Shown: piece by piece, positions 26,825 to 41,536 of the stretch
How the letters are laid out: each line of letters begins with the position of its first letter
How positions within the stretch are numbered: position 1 is the first letter of the stretch
Assembly (NCBI GenBank): GCA_951406725.2
Contig: OX597816.1
Span: forward strand, 123,442,001 to 123,506,000
DNA: 64,000 nt
Direction of reading: 5' to 3'
Source of the DNA: Octopus vulgaris
Taxonomy: Eukaryota
Position numbers and translations under genes: made by a program
The notes under the pieces: generated by a model
Told to the model about the DNA's origin: nothing
The model's input: only the letters and a program-made list of their open reading frames with translations
Databases searched by the model: none

Positions 26825-28135
26825 CATAGGAAAAAAAGATAATGTAGGGCACAGACATGTCACCTCGGACATGCTAGAAAGAAGAGGTAAAGGACAGGAT
26901 GTCTGAAAAACTTCATTTTAAGTTTATATCGAAGATCAGGATTTTAAACATGCTCATCACAACCACAAAATACACAATAGAAAAAGATAATATCAATTGG
27001 GTTTGAGCTGTAAATTTGCATGCGTACACTGCAAGAATTAGCATAATTCACGCAGAGTGTGAATATGCATGTATGTGTCTGTCAAAGGAAGTTATTTTAT
27101 GGCATTTTTTCATTTGAAGGGACAAAGCTGTCAACTTGACATATATGGGATCATAAGATTGTTCGTTAATTTCTATAAACTTGTCTTATTTTCTATATGC
27201 TTCGAAGGGACCAGAAACTGAAAGAGAGGATGAAGGGAAAAGGTGACATTTGCTTTGAAGTGAGAGGAGAATGTAAAAGAAGGGAAAGTGTAAGATGTAT
27301 GTGTATATAAAAATGGACGTGTGGGTGAGAGAGAGAGAGAGAGAGAGAGAAAGAAAGAGAGAGTGAGTGAAGGTGTGTGTTGTGATGTATGAATTTTTTG
27401 CATGTATGTGCAAGTGGCACTCTCTGTCTCTCTCTCTCTCTCACACACACATCTTTCATATACGTGTAAATAAATTGGCAGAGGTAAAGAATACGCACTC
27501 CACACTCTAACCCTAAACACTGAGAGCTCGTATTCTTGACCTTCGCCCATAAATACATATGCATGCATCTTTTCTGTGCATGTGAAAGAGAGGGTAGCTC
27601 TATTTCCTCATAACATATTTAAAAATGCATATCTTTTAATGCAATGTTTTTTGGTTGTGGCTTATTTTCATAGAATATTTATGTATACATTTTCATAAAT
27701 GTTTGTCTGAGTAAAATTCTACACATGTGTGAAACATCGGACAAAAGTGATACATTAAAAACAAATCAAAATATTGTCCGAAAATGACCTCAAAATTGTG
27801 CAACCCAACATTGTTACCGAGGTTATTTTAGTTATAAAAAAATGTTGTTGAGTCAAAGCATAGTGTATTTGGCAGATAGATAATAATCAGCTTTCTTTAC
27901 TATAATACACATGTGATTAATTCGGAGAAACATTACTTTCATTATTTACATATCGTAAAGCAATACTTCGTAATTTTGGTTCAAATCGGAGGTGGGAAAC
28001 TACTTCCATTTTCTAATGAAACCTGTTCGTTCTAGAGAAGTGTATTTGAAATAACTACAGCTGGTTATTGAAAGAATGTAGAAAATATGTAAATGAAAGT
28101 TTAGTTGACATGTGTAACCGATTTGATTGTTCTGG

Positions 28136-28351
28136 AAGGCAGTGAGCTGGCAGAACCGTTAGCATGCTGAAAAAAATACTTGAGCTGTATTTCGCCTGTC
28201 TTAACATTCTGAACTCAAATGCCACTGTGGTCAACTTTGCCTTTCATCCTTCAGGGTCGATAAATTAAATACCAGTGAGGCACTGGAGTTGATGTAATCA
28301 GCTGGTCCCCTACCCTGAAATTTCAGGCCTTGTGCCTATAGTGGAAAGGAT
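28136..28351 (+). mobile_element. tRNA-derived SINE, family B
   Basis: GGCAGTGAGCTGGCAGAACCGTTAGC...GCCTTTCATCCTTCAGGGTCGATAAATTAAATACCAG. Confidence 0.8.
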
Positions 28352-28960
28352 TTGATTGTTCTGGTCTTAACATTAGCTGATAAGAATAGAAATCATTTGA
28401 CAACACCCTTTTGTTTGTAACTGGCTATCCTGCTGCAGGTTCAATCTGAGGAATATTGAAATAATACCCATCTTATCCATTCCACAGAATAAGAGTATAC
28501 TGGAGAGCAGCATAAGAGAGATGAGTCTGTGAAACATGTTTAAGGTTGTTATCTCAAACACGAACGAGTGATGGTGTGTTGCCAACTTAATATGGTAGTC
28601 TCATGAAAGGGAAGAATGCTACTGCTATTTAGCCCTAGGAAACACCATTTCCATTTGGCTATGACACATTTTGTGTCCTTATGTTTTCAAAGAGGAGATA
28701 AGCACCTCCACCCAGCAAAGTCAGCAGCCAGAGACTAGTTTCAGAGTCATTGCTCAATCATCACTTTATCGTGCTGCTACTGTATAAATTTCTCTGAGAG
28801 ATTTAGAAATGTAATATTTCTATTTACAAATGAAAATATCATGATTTTCAATGGAATCACTAACCATAAGGATGGCAACTTCATTAAGTAAATGTGGGCT
28901 CATTAAAACAGCGTAAAATGTTCTTTACTATAGTTTACTATAGACATAACAAATGCAGAA

Positions 28961-29016
<56 letters not shown>

Positions 29017-30269
29017 ATAGAATCGATAATATTGCAAACAGCAAAACGCACACACCCGAAGTTCAAGCAAAACGAAATGTAGACAATATGGGTGTAAAAC
29101 AGACTTTCTGTAGCATAGTAATGCTATAAAAAATAGAACATCACTAATTTAACAAAAGTTAGTATGTAAGAAAGTACAGAAAGTCAACATTTATTTGGAA
29201 CATTTATTTATTGATCGAATGGATGTCACGGTGAGGAAAGTGAAAGTCCAAGAAAATTCAAAAACCTCATAATTCAATTTTTTATACAAAAATAATTTAT
29301 TTTACAATTTTGAAATGAATGAACCAAGTGTATAAAAACGAAGGTGCTGTTGTTGTGAACATTAATTTAAAATATTTGCTGAAGGATGTATGTAGGAAGA
29401 TATAAATTAATTTGACATTACTATATATTTTTGAAATGTGTGATGTTATAAGCTGTAGAATAAATACTGAGTAACACAGTAAAAAGGTTGTGCAACGCTG
29501 ATACTCACAGTGGTGAAGAATACATGGACTGTTATAAAAACATTTTCTCGAAACTGGTTAGAAGGAGTGGAAGAACATTTCTGTAATTATATTGAAAGAG
29601 CAGCTGAGGCTTTCTACTTCACCAAGATTCTGAATTTGTTATAATAACCAGAATAACATTTTATTTTCAGATATATTTGTGAGTATTGAAAGTGCTGTTC
29701 AATCAGCCTAATCTTCATATTGGTAGTACTTGAAAGTGAACGTTGTTGTTTGTTTGAAATCCAGGCCACGAGTAAACTTTCGATATCGGTGCGTATCACT
29801 GCAAGGGGTGGGAAGTTACATACATAAACTATGTTTCACAGACACACAGGTACATTAACGTACACCTGAAGCCTATCTATGTTCCTGTGTGTGTCTGTTT
29901 CTGTACTTAGATGTATGTGTGTGTGTGTCGTCACAAAAATGTATGTATAGTGACAGACAATTACACCGTCACACATATATACTTGTCAGTCATTGGCATA
30001 ACGTAGACAACAAACGTGTAAAGACACTCATAGAAAATGTGACGTGATCGTTGTTGTGGTGGTGATATAAAATGTCGTTTAGGTGACTAAAAGAAAAATG
30101 ATATTGTTAAATTTTTGTAATGCAAATATGTGAACGAAAATATAGTTTAGTTGATAGGCAAAAGCTTACTGAATCATTTCATACCTCTTACATGAAAATT
30201 GACAACTCAGTTTTGGAATGCACAAGGAACATATGCACACATACAAACTCTCTTTTCACTAAACCTCTT

Positions 30270-30425
30270 TCTATTTTCTCTCCCTGTTTATTTTTGTTTT
30301 CCTTCCTGTTGAAGAGTGTAGGCTCGAAACGTAGAAGACTTTCTCACTTCCCTAGAGTTAAACTAATACATCTCTTTGTTGTTTACACACCTGTCTTGTC
30401 TTTTGTTTTTTTGTAAATTCTCACT
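30270..30425 (+). mobile_element. Family H2 repeat with hammerhead-like motif at 30302-30337
   Basis: CTTC-CTGTTGA-A-GAGT(gtag)GCTC-GAAA-CG-TA-GAAG. Confidence 0.7.
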
Positions 30426-30689
30426 ATATATATATATATATATATATTATCCGAATATTTTCCTGATTTATGGACTCTCAGACGACCCATGCGAAAATAG
30501 TTCTTGTATTTTGACAATGAGAAAGTGCATTATATTTTATGCAATACTTAACTGAAGCTACTAGATGATAGGATGATTACACTGGATAAGTATGTAATAA
30601 GAGTATATCCTGAAATACAAACACATCTACACATGCTTATGTACATAATATACTTGCAGACATACATATATGTACATACATACTTGTAC

Positions 30690-30721
<32 letters not shown>

Positions 30722-30728
30722 ATATATA

Positions 30729-31268
30729 TAACTTAGAATAACTTATAAAAGTTTTGGCCAGTATTGGCCCAGGCCATGTCTAACTTAATAGCACCACCTG
30801 GTGAAGTCTTTCAGTTCAGGATTTGGGCACCAAGGCCCATTCGAGCAGAGAGTTATTGTTTGCGGAGACATATCCGGGTGTGGGTGGTTTGTCCGGTACT
30901 GTTTGAAGGAATTTGTCCAAAGACTTCTTGAATTTTGTGTGGTCAGTTTCTTTTTTGACGTGTCCTGGTGTAATGTTGAAGAGAGCGGGTCCAATTGAGG
31001 TGAAATAGTTGTGCCATATTGTCGTTATGTGATGCGATTTAGATTTTTGTTGTGGACTGATGGCACGTGGTCCAAGCCTTGGATGTATTTTGAAGGTGAT
31101 GCCAACATCATTCGGACAGTGCTGATGGAATATTTTCCACATCATACAGATAATGTAGCGTTCATGGCATTGTTGGAGTGAATACAATTTCAGCTTCTCT
31201 AGTCTACCCTAGTAGTCAAGGTCTGACATGCCATCTATCTTTTTTGTGATTGACCTTTGGGGAGCTTC
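30729..31268 (-). mobile_element. CR1/L2-group LINE, 5'-truncated copy
   Basis: Near-identical reverse complement of 42073-42613 (YSLQ..ERYIICMMWKI...LLEWALVPKS), flanked by (TA)n. Confidence 0.9.
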
Positions 31269-31379
31269 ATATATATATATATGTATATATATGTATATAT
31301 ATATGTTTATATATATGTGTATATATATATATGTATACATATATACATATATATACATATATATATATGTATATAAAAG

Positions 31380-31713
31380 GGGTAAAGACCCCCTTCGGTC
31401 ATGAATGACCATGGGATTGCACCTAGAAAGTTACCCTCCTAGACACAAGTCCGGGCAAGGTTGTTTATGGAAGGCTAGCAGTCGCCCATGCATACCAGCC
31501 TCCCCTCTCCACGCCACCAGTGTTATCCAAGGGAAAGACAAAGGTCGATACAGCTTGGCACCTGTGACGTCGCAACTCATTTCTACAGCTGAGTGAACTG
31601 GAGCAACGTGAAATAAAGTGCCTTGCTCGAGAACACAACACGCAGCCCGGTCCGGGATTCGAGCTCACAACCTCACGATCGTAAGCTCGACGCTCTAACC
31701 ACTGAGCCATGCG

Positions 31714-31716
<3 letters not shown>
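31380..31716 (-). mobile_element. tRNA-derived SINE, family C (CORE-like), well-preserved copy
   Basis: Minus strand GGCGCATGGCTCAGTGGTTAGAGCG...GAGCTCGAATCCC (A and B boxes)...GTTCTCGAGCAAGGCACTTTATTTC. Confidence 0.85.
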
Positions 31717-31756
<40 letters not shown>

Positions 31757-31831
31757 GTATATATATATATGTATATATATATGTGTATATGTATATATAT
31801 ATATGTGTATATGTATATATATATATGTATA

Positions 31832-31898
<67 letters not shown>

Positions 31899-32005
31899 GT
31901 ATATACATATGTATATATATATATATATATGTATATACATATGTATATATATATGTATATATAGATATGTGTATATAGATATGTATATATAGATATATAT
32001 ATGTG

Positions 32006-32052
<47 letters not shown>

Positions 32053-32207
32053 ATACATATGTATATATATATGTATAACTTAGAATAACTTAGAAAGGTT
32101 TTGACCAGTATTGGCCCAGGCCATGTCTAACTTAATAGCACCACCTGGCAAAAGTTACGAAGATGCGTCGGCCGGGAATGAGATGCGTCAGGTATGTATA
32201 TATATAG

Positions 32208-32274
<67 letters not shown>

Positions 32275-32290
32275 TATATACAAACACACA
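31717..32290. repeat. (TA)n/(TATG)n microsatellite with embedded LINE 3' tail (32077-32155, minus)
   Basis: Direct inspection; the tail equals the reverse complement of 42533-42612. Confidence 0.9.
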
Positions 32291-32314
32291 CACATGCACA
32301 TATATATGTATATA

Positions 32315-32693
32315 CGAGCAAAACGCCCCCTTGTCCAATGGACGGTGCTGAGTTATCAAACATTTAAACCAAATTTTCTCAAAATATCTTGTCCGACCGT
32401 CCCATAGGCCTCCCCTTTGAGAAACACTGATTTAACCTAAATTTGAGACACCAGCAAAAGAAATAAAGATAGACTTTTTTTCTATTCCAAGAAAAACGAT
32501 TTTACAAATGCACATTCCCACGGCTTTATCGATCGCATTCTCACCTGGAATCGATTTTTGTAATTTTTGCAAGACTTATACATGGCCTGATACCATTGGT
32601 ATCTACATATCAAATTTGAGCAATATCGGATGGAGGATGCCTGAGATCCTAGAAGACACACAAAGACAGACAGAACAGATTTTATATAATAGA
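32315..32693 (-). mobile_element. Non-autonomous Helitron-like element
   Basis: Inverted copy of 48869-49235; minus-strand 5' A|TCTATTATATAAAA, subterminal hairpin and 3' CTCG|T. Confidence 0.7.
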
Positions 32694-34189
32694 TATATCA
32701 GTATATATATATATATATATATATATATCACTATATAACATATATGGGAGTGTGCATGTGTGTGAGTATATATATCATCATCATCATCATTTTAGCACCT
32801 ACTTTTCCATGCTCGAATGGGTCAAACAAAATTTACTAAGACAGATTTTCTACAGCCAGATGATGCTCTTCATGTCACCTATTGTCATCTCTTTCCAAGC
32901 AACATAATAATTCCTGTCATGCTTTCAATATGAACAGTACAGCACAGTGACCATTCATATTATCATGGAAGATTTGCAAGCACATCACCCAGTGTCTGTG
33001 ATTGTCATTGTCATCATCATCATCATCTCATTTAAAGTCCTTGTTTTTTCATGCTGGCATAGGTTAGATGGTTTTACATGATCTGGCAAGCTGCAGGGCT
33101 GCACTGAGCTTCATTGTCAGCTTTCTACAACTGGATGTTAGTTTCTTCCACTTTCAGCCTCTATTAACAATACACCTTCATACTTTAACTTGTCAACACA
33201 AACCAAAAATCACCACCCTTCCTCTTGCTTTCTCACATTTCTCTCTCTCTCTGTATCTTTCTATCTATGTATCAAACTTAATCTACACATCCTGTTCATA
33301 AGCCAGTTACAGAGGTCCTTGTCCTTGGATACTATCACTTATGAGCATGCTATGTTAAAAACACAATAAACATCAGTGTGAGATGAAAATTCATCCAAGC
33401 AACAGCCAAACAAGAGTACCAAATGCATTCTGGCCTTTTTGGGGATTTTTGAAACTTGCATACTTGCAGCCACATCAGGCTCCTATGGGAATTAATTCTC
33501 TCAGATGTAGGAAAAAGGGAACAAAACAATCACTGATGTTTCAAATAGTGGTCTGGTTAACTGATAATCTGGTACATGTAAAGGAGGCAGAATTTAATGA
33601 AAATAGCATTGTACGTATCATCTTTGACATACACATGCCATCAACTGGCTAGTTACTACAATATTTGTCTTCGGATAACATTTCTTATGAGCTTGCTCTG
33701 TTAAAAATGCAATAAATATCATTAAAAAAAATTGTTCCAGCAGCATCAAGCAAGATTTATTTTTGCCTTTTTGAGTTTACGTATGCATATATACATCTAC
33801 ATGTATGCATGGATATAAATGTGTTTATATGTATGTATATCTATATATATGTATCTATCTAATATCATCATCATCAAATGAATTTAATATCTGTTTTCCA
33901 CAGTGGTATGGGTTGGATGGTTTGACTGCAATTGGTAACATTGGGAGCTACACCAGGCTCCATTCTCAGTTTTGGAATGGTTCTTATGGCTGGATACCAT
34001 TCTTAAAGCCATCCACTTTACAGAGTGCACTGGGTGCTTTTTACATGGTGCCAGCACCAATGCTTTTTATGTGTCACCAGCACCAGTGCTGTTTATGTAT
34101 CACCAGTGTTAATACACATATATATATATATATTCTATTTCATCATCACCATCCTCTTACATCTGTTCTTTGAAATTTAAGTAGGTTCA

Positions 34190-35000
34190 ATGGGTGCTGG
34201 CTCTTTGTCATCTCCTTTATGCTGTTCAGCCTTATGAGATCAGCCTTCTTCACTTCTTCCCATATCTTTCCTTGTCCTCCTCTTTTGCCAGCTCCTTTAA
34301 ACCAAATCACTCACAACATCTTTACTCATCTCTCATCCTCCATATGTATCCATGTCTCTACCAACACAGTCTTCTATTTTGCACATTATATTCATTTATT
34401 TTTATACTCAGTTTTTATCTCAACACATTTTTGTCTTGTCTTTCACCCTAACAAAAATTACACATGCAGTGGAGAATACTTGCTTCATTTCTTTCCAATT
34501 GTTGCACATCTTGTGCATTCAGTATTTATGTTTCACTAATATACTACTTGTATTTCATGTGCAACTATCATACAAGCTATCTTCACCTAGAAATAGAAGG
34601 AATAGGATCCTTTGGCTGTCAACAAAAGTAATATCTACTTGAATTTTTCCCCACTCTATTCTTACTTTGGCTATTACGCTTCACTCTTAATTAAGTCGCA
34701 TAGGTTACACAAGCTATCAACAACTTCTAGAGAGTAGCAATAGCAATAGCAGCACTAAATGTATTTGATCAAAATTCTGTTTATTTTGAATTGGTTTTTT
34801 ATATCCATTTTATTCAGATTATCATGTACATTTAGAGAAAATTGTTCAATCATTCCCAAATGTTATTTTCTGTGGTTCTTTTGCATCCATTATTTTCTTG
34901 CTACCATTTTTTCTTTTACTACAATAGACACTTTACACAATGTTGCAGCACTTATGTTTACTGCTGGAACCCCTTCTGAGTACTAATTACCTAGTTTATT
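34190..35000 (-). mobile_element. Degenerate RTE-clade LINE fragment
   Basis: Resembles 16840-16958 and 17590-17820 (e.g. ccccactctattcttactttggctatt); heavily decayed. Confidence 0.45.
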
Positions 35001-36716
35001 GACACTAGCTTGAACAAATACAGTTCACTCCTTTTTATCAAGTCTTTAACACAACAGCTTAATTATGAAAGAGTTGAACTCTTGATTTTGTGGCCTACTT
35101 TAGCTCACAAACTTAACTTTATGTCTGCTGTAATTTAATTTACTAGAGTCAATGTTTAACTAGAAGCTCATATTATTGCTTCTTAGCTATAAAGTAAAAT
35201 AACTATGAACCAATTTCTCTCTTTTATTTTTTTAATTTATAGATTTTACAGTTAAGCCATCCACCTAACAAGGATAAAAGCTAGTGACATTAATGGATAA
35301 AGACACATCTAGTAAAGTTTTAAGAAATTCTTGGGATTGTTATGCCTTTTTGACCATGGATCTCCTAGATTAGATTTGATCTGGGACTAGACAAGACTCT
35401 CCTCTATATTTGTTACCTTATGCCAATGCCTTGTAAAAATATAATCTATGTGTGATGCAATTAGTAATGTATTTAGCCACGTAAATCTCTTAGTGCTACT
35501 CTTAACTGCATATTTTAGTAATCTCTGTCTGACTAATGCTGTGTGTTACTGAACGATAAGATATTGTATTTCTGCATGTATTAAGTATTTAACTTTATAT
35601 CATCATATTCGCTTGACACACCAAGATAATAACTACAATTATCTGGATACTTTCTTTATGTTAATCTAGTTTTATTCCTAGCATGAATAATTCCAGTACC
35701 AACAAGATATGGCCCACACAGAAAATATAATCCTACAGCAGTATGTAGAATGATATTCAGTTTAGAATTTAGTTATTGCTAGCAACAAGGAGTCAACATA
35801 AAAAATGTTGACAATTCTAAAGGCATTTCTTTATCAATGTTATTTTATTTGTCTTATTTTTGGTAAATTTATTTTAGAAAATTTCTTTGGTGCCTTCAAG
35901 TATAATTCTTATGAAAAGGGCTTCTTGCTTGTCACTTTTAAATATTTTCCTCAGTAAACATGCCAGCTTTAAACTGACAGATATGGTATTAGCAGAAATA
36001 ACTCTAATTCCAAATTACAAGTTTTTATTGGAAATTTTTTACAGCCATGTTTTCTTCAAAATGAAATGTGTTCTGGATAATTCTGATATTTGTTTGTATA
36101 GTTATCAACTGTGAATGGCCTTCTTAACACTAAATATTCAAGCATGAGTTGGAAGTAGTCGTAACATGTATTGAAATCAATTGTTTTATTTTGTTACTTT
36201 ATTTTATCATTGAGTAAAAGTGTGCCCAAAGGGATTAGGTTTCTTAGTGACATTGAAAAGAAAGAGACTAGGACATGCATATCCTTTATTCTATTAGGGA
36301 TATAAAGGTTATGAAGATAGGAAAACCTGAAGATTGTTGCTAAGATGCTAAAAACACCTAACTGGATAACGATGACAGTCTACTTGCTTAGTTGATGTAG
36401 TTACTTTTTAGCTCTGGGCATTCAGTGACCATCCTCTTTTTTATTCAGGTGTAACATGCTTACAAATATATAGTCCATTGTATCCATTAGAGTTTGCAGC
36501 TATTTCTTGCAAGATGAGCAACTACATAAAGGCTAACTCATTGGCTTGTAGTTGATGAGGCTTATCTCCAATCTTTGTATATAAAAGCTTTATCACCAAT
36601 GGTTAATTTAGCAGCATCATTATCACTGTCAGCATCTACCCAAACACATGCTGGTATGGACTGCACTGTTTTGGCTTTACAAATCTTTAATCATATATAT
36701 ATGTGTGTGTGTGTGA

Positions 36717-37020
36717 AGGAGCAATGGCCCAGTGGTTAGGGTAGTGGACTTGCGATCGTAGGATCGCGGTTTCGATTCCCAGACCGAGCGTTGTAAGTGT
36801 TTATTGAGCAAAAACACCTAAAGCTCCACGAGGCTCTGGCAGGGGGTGGTGGTGATCCCTGCTGTATTCTTCCACCACAACTTTCTCTCACTCTTTCTTC
36901 TGTTGGCCTGCTTGCTTAGCCAGCGGGATGGAATCATTGAAGGCTAAAACAATGTGAAGCGCATTGTGACCAGCGATGTGTAGCAACATCTGATGGCCTA
37001 GTTGGTCACGTAATCACGTG
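36717..37020 (+). mobile_element. tRNA-derived SINE (distinct family)
   Basis: A box TGGCCCAGTGG, B box GTTTCGATTCC, CORE-like GTGTTTATTGAGCAAAAACAC. Confidence 0.75.
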
Positions 37021-37045
37021 ATAATGCCTCAATAAAATTATGCCC

Positions 37046-37590
37046 ATCATCATCCTTATCATCATCATTATTTAACGTCTGTTGTCCCGCTAGCATGGGC
37101 TGGATGGTTTTATCAAAGTTGGCAAGCTGGAGAGCTGCACCTGATTCAAGTCTGATTTGACACGGTTTCTACATTCGGATGCCCTACCTAAAACCAGCCA
37201 CTTTACAGAGTGTGCTGGGTGCTTTTACATGACACTGCATGGATGCTTTTATGTAGCACAGCACGGGCACTTTTGCATGGCACCACACAGGCACTTTTAT
37301 GTAACCCCACATAGTTGCTTTTATACAGCACCGCATGGGTGCTTTTACATGGCACCAACATGAGTGGTTTTTACATGGCACCTGCACAGAACTCTTGCAG
37401 GTCAATACTCTCCATCAGGAGAACTGGCCTTATACTTCTGTTGTGGAGCATGGGTCTTCTTGAGTACAGCAAGTTGTCAGACATCTTGGTCATCTTACTC
37501 GAAAGGTTCAGTATCCTGAGGTTGTTCTTCAGTACTTTGCCCATGTCTTCCTGGGTCTCCCACTTCTATATGTTCCATTTACTTTGAGAG
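37046..37590 (-). mobile_element. RTE-clade LINE 3' end with ~23-bp tandem repeats
   Basis: (CAT)n tail, GCTTTTACATGGCACC units and RPRKTWAKV-like coding remnant. Confidence 0.7.
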
Positions 37591-38597
37591 ATCAGTACAG
37601 GGTAAATCCTAGCTATTTCCTTTTGAAGCACATATGCTTATTTCCTTATTACAATCAATATTTATCTACATTTGTTGCTCATCCAAATGTATTTTCTGTG
37701 TTATAAAAGATTTTTCCTCTTCCTGACAAATTTCTGATAGGCAATTCCTCACATGTCTATTTAACATGTAAATCTTTGTAATTCCTATTATCAAATCAAA
37801 CATGTGTAATGGAAAATAGATAATACCAAAAAACATTTCTGTTTTCCTGTTTTGTTATACTATTCTAATATATATGTATGAATAGTGTTGTAATTTAAGC
37901 ATGGTAGTATAATTTTGTCTATTGAGAATACACTTTCCAAGTTACATATTGAGCATTAGTTTTAAAAGCACTAAGACACAAATTACATATTCATTGAATG
38001 TGAAAATGAGATTCTGTGACAATCATGTTTTACTAAAGAAGAATTGCATTATCAGTGGAAAATATCGGCTGACATGATTCTGTTGTTATGAAGTTTAGTT
38101 TACAACTTTCAAACCTTATTTCAATGCTCATTATCTTGGGCAAGTATTTTCTACAGTTGCATTGAGTTGACCAACAGCTTGTAAGTAGAATTTGAAACAC
38201 AGAAACTGTGGAAAGCTGCTCCTTATATGTATATATTTATGTATGTAAGCCATCTTTATTCTGCACAAAGTTCTTATATAGCAGCTAAGTATTCTGTGTT
38301 ATAAGCTTGTGACAGAGTTTGGGAATGTCATCTCTAACAAGTAGCTGAAAAATCCAGAATCACTTTGCCAAGAGGCTACTTTGCATCTTTTTTTGCACAT
38401 CAAAACAATATGCTTACATTCTTATAGTTTACTATCACAGTTAAAGGCATTCTGATATGTATAATTGATCTCAATCCTTCTGATTGATAGTGTTGTGCAT
38501 AATGCATGCATACACCCACCCACCCATCCATCCATCCATCCATCCATCCATCCATCCATCCATCCATCCATCCATCCATCCATCCATCCATCCATAA

Positions 38598-38915
38598 AAA
38601 GAGCAAAGAACCCTTTCAGTCATGAACGACCATGGGATGCCCCTAAGAAGCTCTCCTTCGAGGCACAAGTTGGGGCAAGGTTGTTTATGGAAGACTAGCA
38701 GTCACCTATGCATACTAACCTCCCCTCTCTATATACCACTGATGTTATCCAAGGGAAAGTCAAAGGCCGATACAGCTTGGCACCAGGGATATCACAACTC
38801 ATTTCTACAGCTGAGTGAAATAAAGTGTTCTGATCAAGGACACAACACAGAGCCTGGTCTAGGAATCAAACTTACTACTTCATGACTATGAGCCTGATGT
38901 TCTAAACACTGATGC
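38598..38915 (-). mobile_element. tRNA-derived SINE, family C
   Basis: Diverged copy of 31380-31716, adjacent to (CCAT)n at 38524-38594. Confidence 0.75.
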
Positions 38916-40522
38916 ACCTCTACTATTACATACAGCAAACATGCTCATGTACAACAATATACATTTCTTAATTATTAGTTTCTAGTAGTTACTACAATTC
39001 TTCCCTATTCTATCTTCAATTCCAATTCTAATGCTACCCCATCTCTTCAAGCATGCTTTTTTCTGCGTCTTGACCACAAATGTTTCCCCACCCTCTTCCC
39101 ACCACATTGCCTTTTTTTCAGATACCACTTCCCTTGAAAATCTCTATGACTTGGCCAAAATATCCCTATTGAAAATTACCAATCAAACGACCTTGCTTAA
39201 ATTCCTTAAATCTCCCACTCCCTTACATTTTTGTTCCTTTTATTCTTTTCTGTTTTCTTTCTTATATTCCTAATTTCTTTCCACATTTATATTCTCTGCT
39301 CTTACCATGCTCTCTGCGTATTCTGATCAAATCTTCCATGTGTTAACATTACCTCCTTGTGATAATGTAAACACCTCACTTGGATAATTACCACTTCCAA
39401 GATTCTGCTTACTATGAAACATGTAGCCCAGATCTTATCTACTCCATTCCTTAACTCTTGTGTGTGTGGGTGTGTGGGTGTATTTACTTATATATACATA
39501 CATTCATTTATGTATATATGTATAATACACACACATACACATGCACATATGATTGGATGCATTTAACATGTGACAGATTATTCAGATTTTGGCTCTAAAG
39601 TTAACTGCATTAATCTCTCACCATCACATGTACACACAAGTCCTTTTCTGTTGGAGATGAGCTAAGATGTAATACAAAGAGCACAGCAATAATATGAGAA
39701 AAGGAACTTCAGTATTGATTTGGTAATCCTTCATTCTATCTGTTACGTGTGTTTCAGTATTCTGCAACAGATGCACACTATAGATGTAATATAGTAGATG
39801 CGTCCAATAGGGCCATTATGGAAAGCAAACATATCATCAACAATTACCAGATCAATGCTTATGTTCCCTCTTATTATATATGTATATGTGTATATGTGCA
39901 TGCATGTGTGTGTGGTTTTAAACATTAGAGTTTTAAACATAAGTATTCTTCTTTTTTCCCTCATTCTTCTACATCTTCTCTCTCCATTTTCTCCTTTCTC
40001 TTTTTCTGCTTCTTTATCCCCTAACCATACTTTCATTTACTTTGGCATTAACACTGTACTCGCTTTATTCATCTTTACACAGTCTATTTACATTTTCATC
40101 ATTATTTACTTTTTGTTTCCTCCCAACATAAACCTGGCAGACACAGTGTAAGAGTACATGTTTGATTCAGGTCTGAAGGTCTGTCACTCTATTGTTTAAA
40201 ACCACAAATATTACATAAATTTTCACTTAAAAGTTTGTGTGCACTAACATGGAAAGCTGAGGCATTACAGAGACAATTGTAACTGATCATCAAAGATGTT
40301 TTGCTTTGTCTTCTCATTTGGATTACATTTTACTCTTCACTAAACCCATACAACAGTTTTACCATTGTGAAACCTGAAGAATTTTTATTTAAATTCTGGA
40401 ATCTGACAGTGTAGATAACCTAAAGCTTGGATTGCTGCATTGGAACTACCCTATCTTTCTACTATCCCAATACCTTATATACATATATATATATGAAAAT
40501 AAAACTGAATAGAGATCATTAA

Positions 40523-40727
40523 CCCTTTCATTACTGTATTTATTTTGAGATGCTCTGTGTTTCTTTCAATTACTTTAAATATAACAAAGAATTTAGTAAA
40601 TCAAATTTATCTATCATTCTACTAGTGTTAGGAACATAAATTGAGACTAAGGTTCGCTGGAAGATTTTAATTCAAAACTTATGAAAACAAGCCAGAGCCA
40701 GTTTCAGCCGAGTTGGAAACAAAAGGG
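40523..40727. mobile_element. piggyBac-type MITE
   Basis: TTAA-CCCTTT...AAAGGG-TTAA: TTAA duplication and CCCT termini; 205 bp, non-coding. Confidence 0.8.
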
Positions 40728-40848
40728 TTAATAGACAGCTTTTTAACAATATGGTAGTGGGGAATGCATGTACATGTGTATATATATATATATATGTATA
40801 TATATATGTGTATATATGTATAAGTATATATGTGCATGTATGTATATA

Positions 40849-40889
<41 letters not shown>

Positions 40890-40893
<4 letters not shown>

Positions 40894-41080
40894 AGAATTC
40901 ACAAAAACAATAAGGGGCGAAGACAGGTGGTGTAGACAACAAACAGATGTATTTGTATAACGCTCAGGAAGTGAAAAAGTCTTTAATGTTTTGAGCCTAT
41001 GCTCTTCCACAGAAAGGAACACAGAAAGAAACAAGGAGAGAAAATAAAGAATGTGTAGTGGCTAGCGATCTATCATGGTG
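40890..41080 (-). mobile_element. Family H2 repeat (hammerhead-like motif decayed, 40981-41016)
   Basis: Reverse complement of 22410-22593; GAAACG has become AAAACA. Confidence 0.75.
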
Positions 41081-41089
41081 AAAACATAA

Positions 41090-41090
41090 A

Positions 41091-41172
<82 letters not shown>

Positions 41173-41252
41173 TGTATATATATATATGTATGTATATATA
41201 TATGTATGTATATATGTATGTATATATATATGTATGTATATATATATGTATG

Positions 41253-41288
<36 letters not shown>

Positions 41289-41409
41289 TGTATGTATATT
41301 TGTATGTATATATATATGTATGTATAAATATATGTATGTATAAATATATGTATGTATATATATATGTATGTATATATATATATATTATGTATATATATAT
41401 ATATGTATG

Positions 41410-41489
<80 letters not shown>

Positions 41490-41536
41490 GTATATATATA
41501 TATGTATGTATATATATATATATATGTATATATATA
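41090..41536. repeat. (TA)n/(TATG)n microsatellite
   Basis: Direct inspection; continues at 42614-42899 beyond the LINE. Confidence 0.95.

Noticed and set aside
29614-29799. Possible Tigger/pogo CENP-B HTH remnant (IESLLVAWISNKQQR)
   Set aside because: Only one short motif, with no TIR or DDE support.
31465-32058. Long ORFs across TA/TATG arrays (also 40997-41623, 42621-42961, 63602-63974)
   Set aside because: Translation artefacts of microsatellites.
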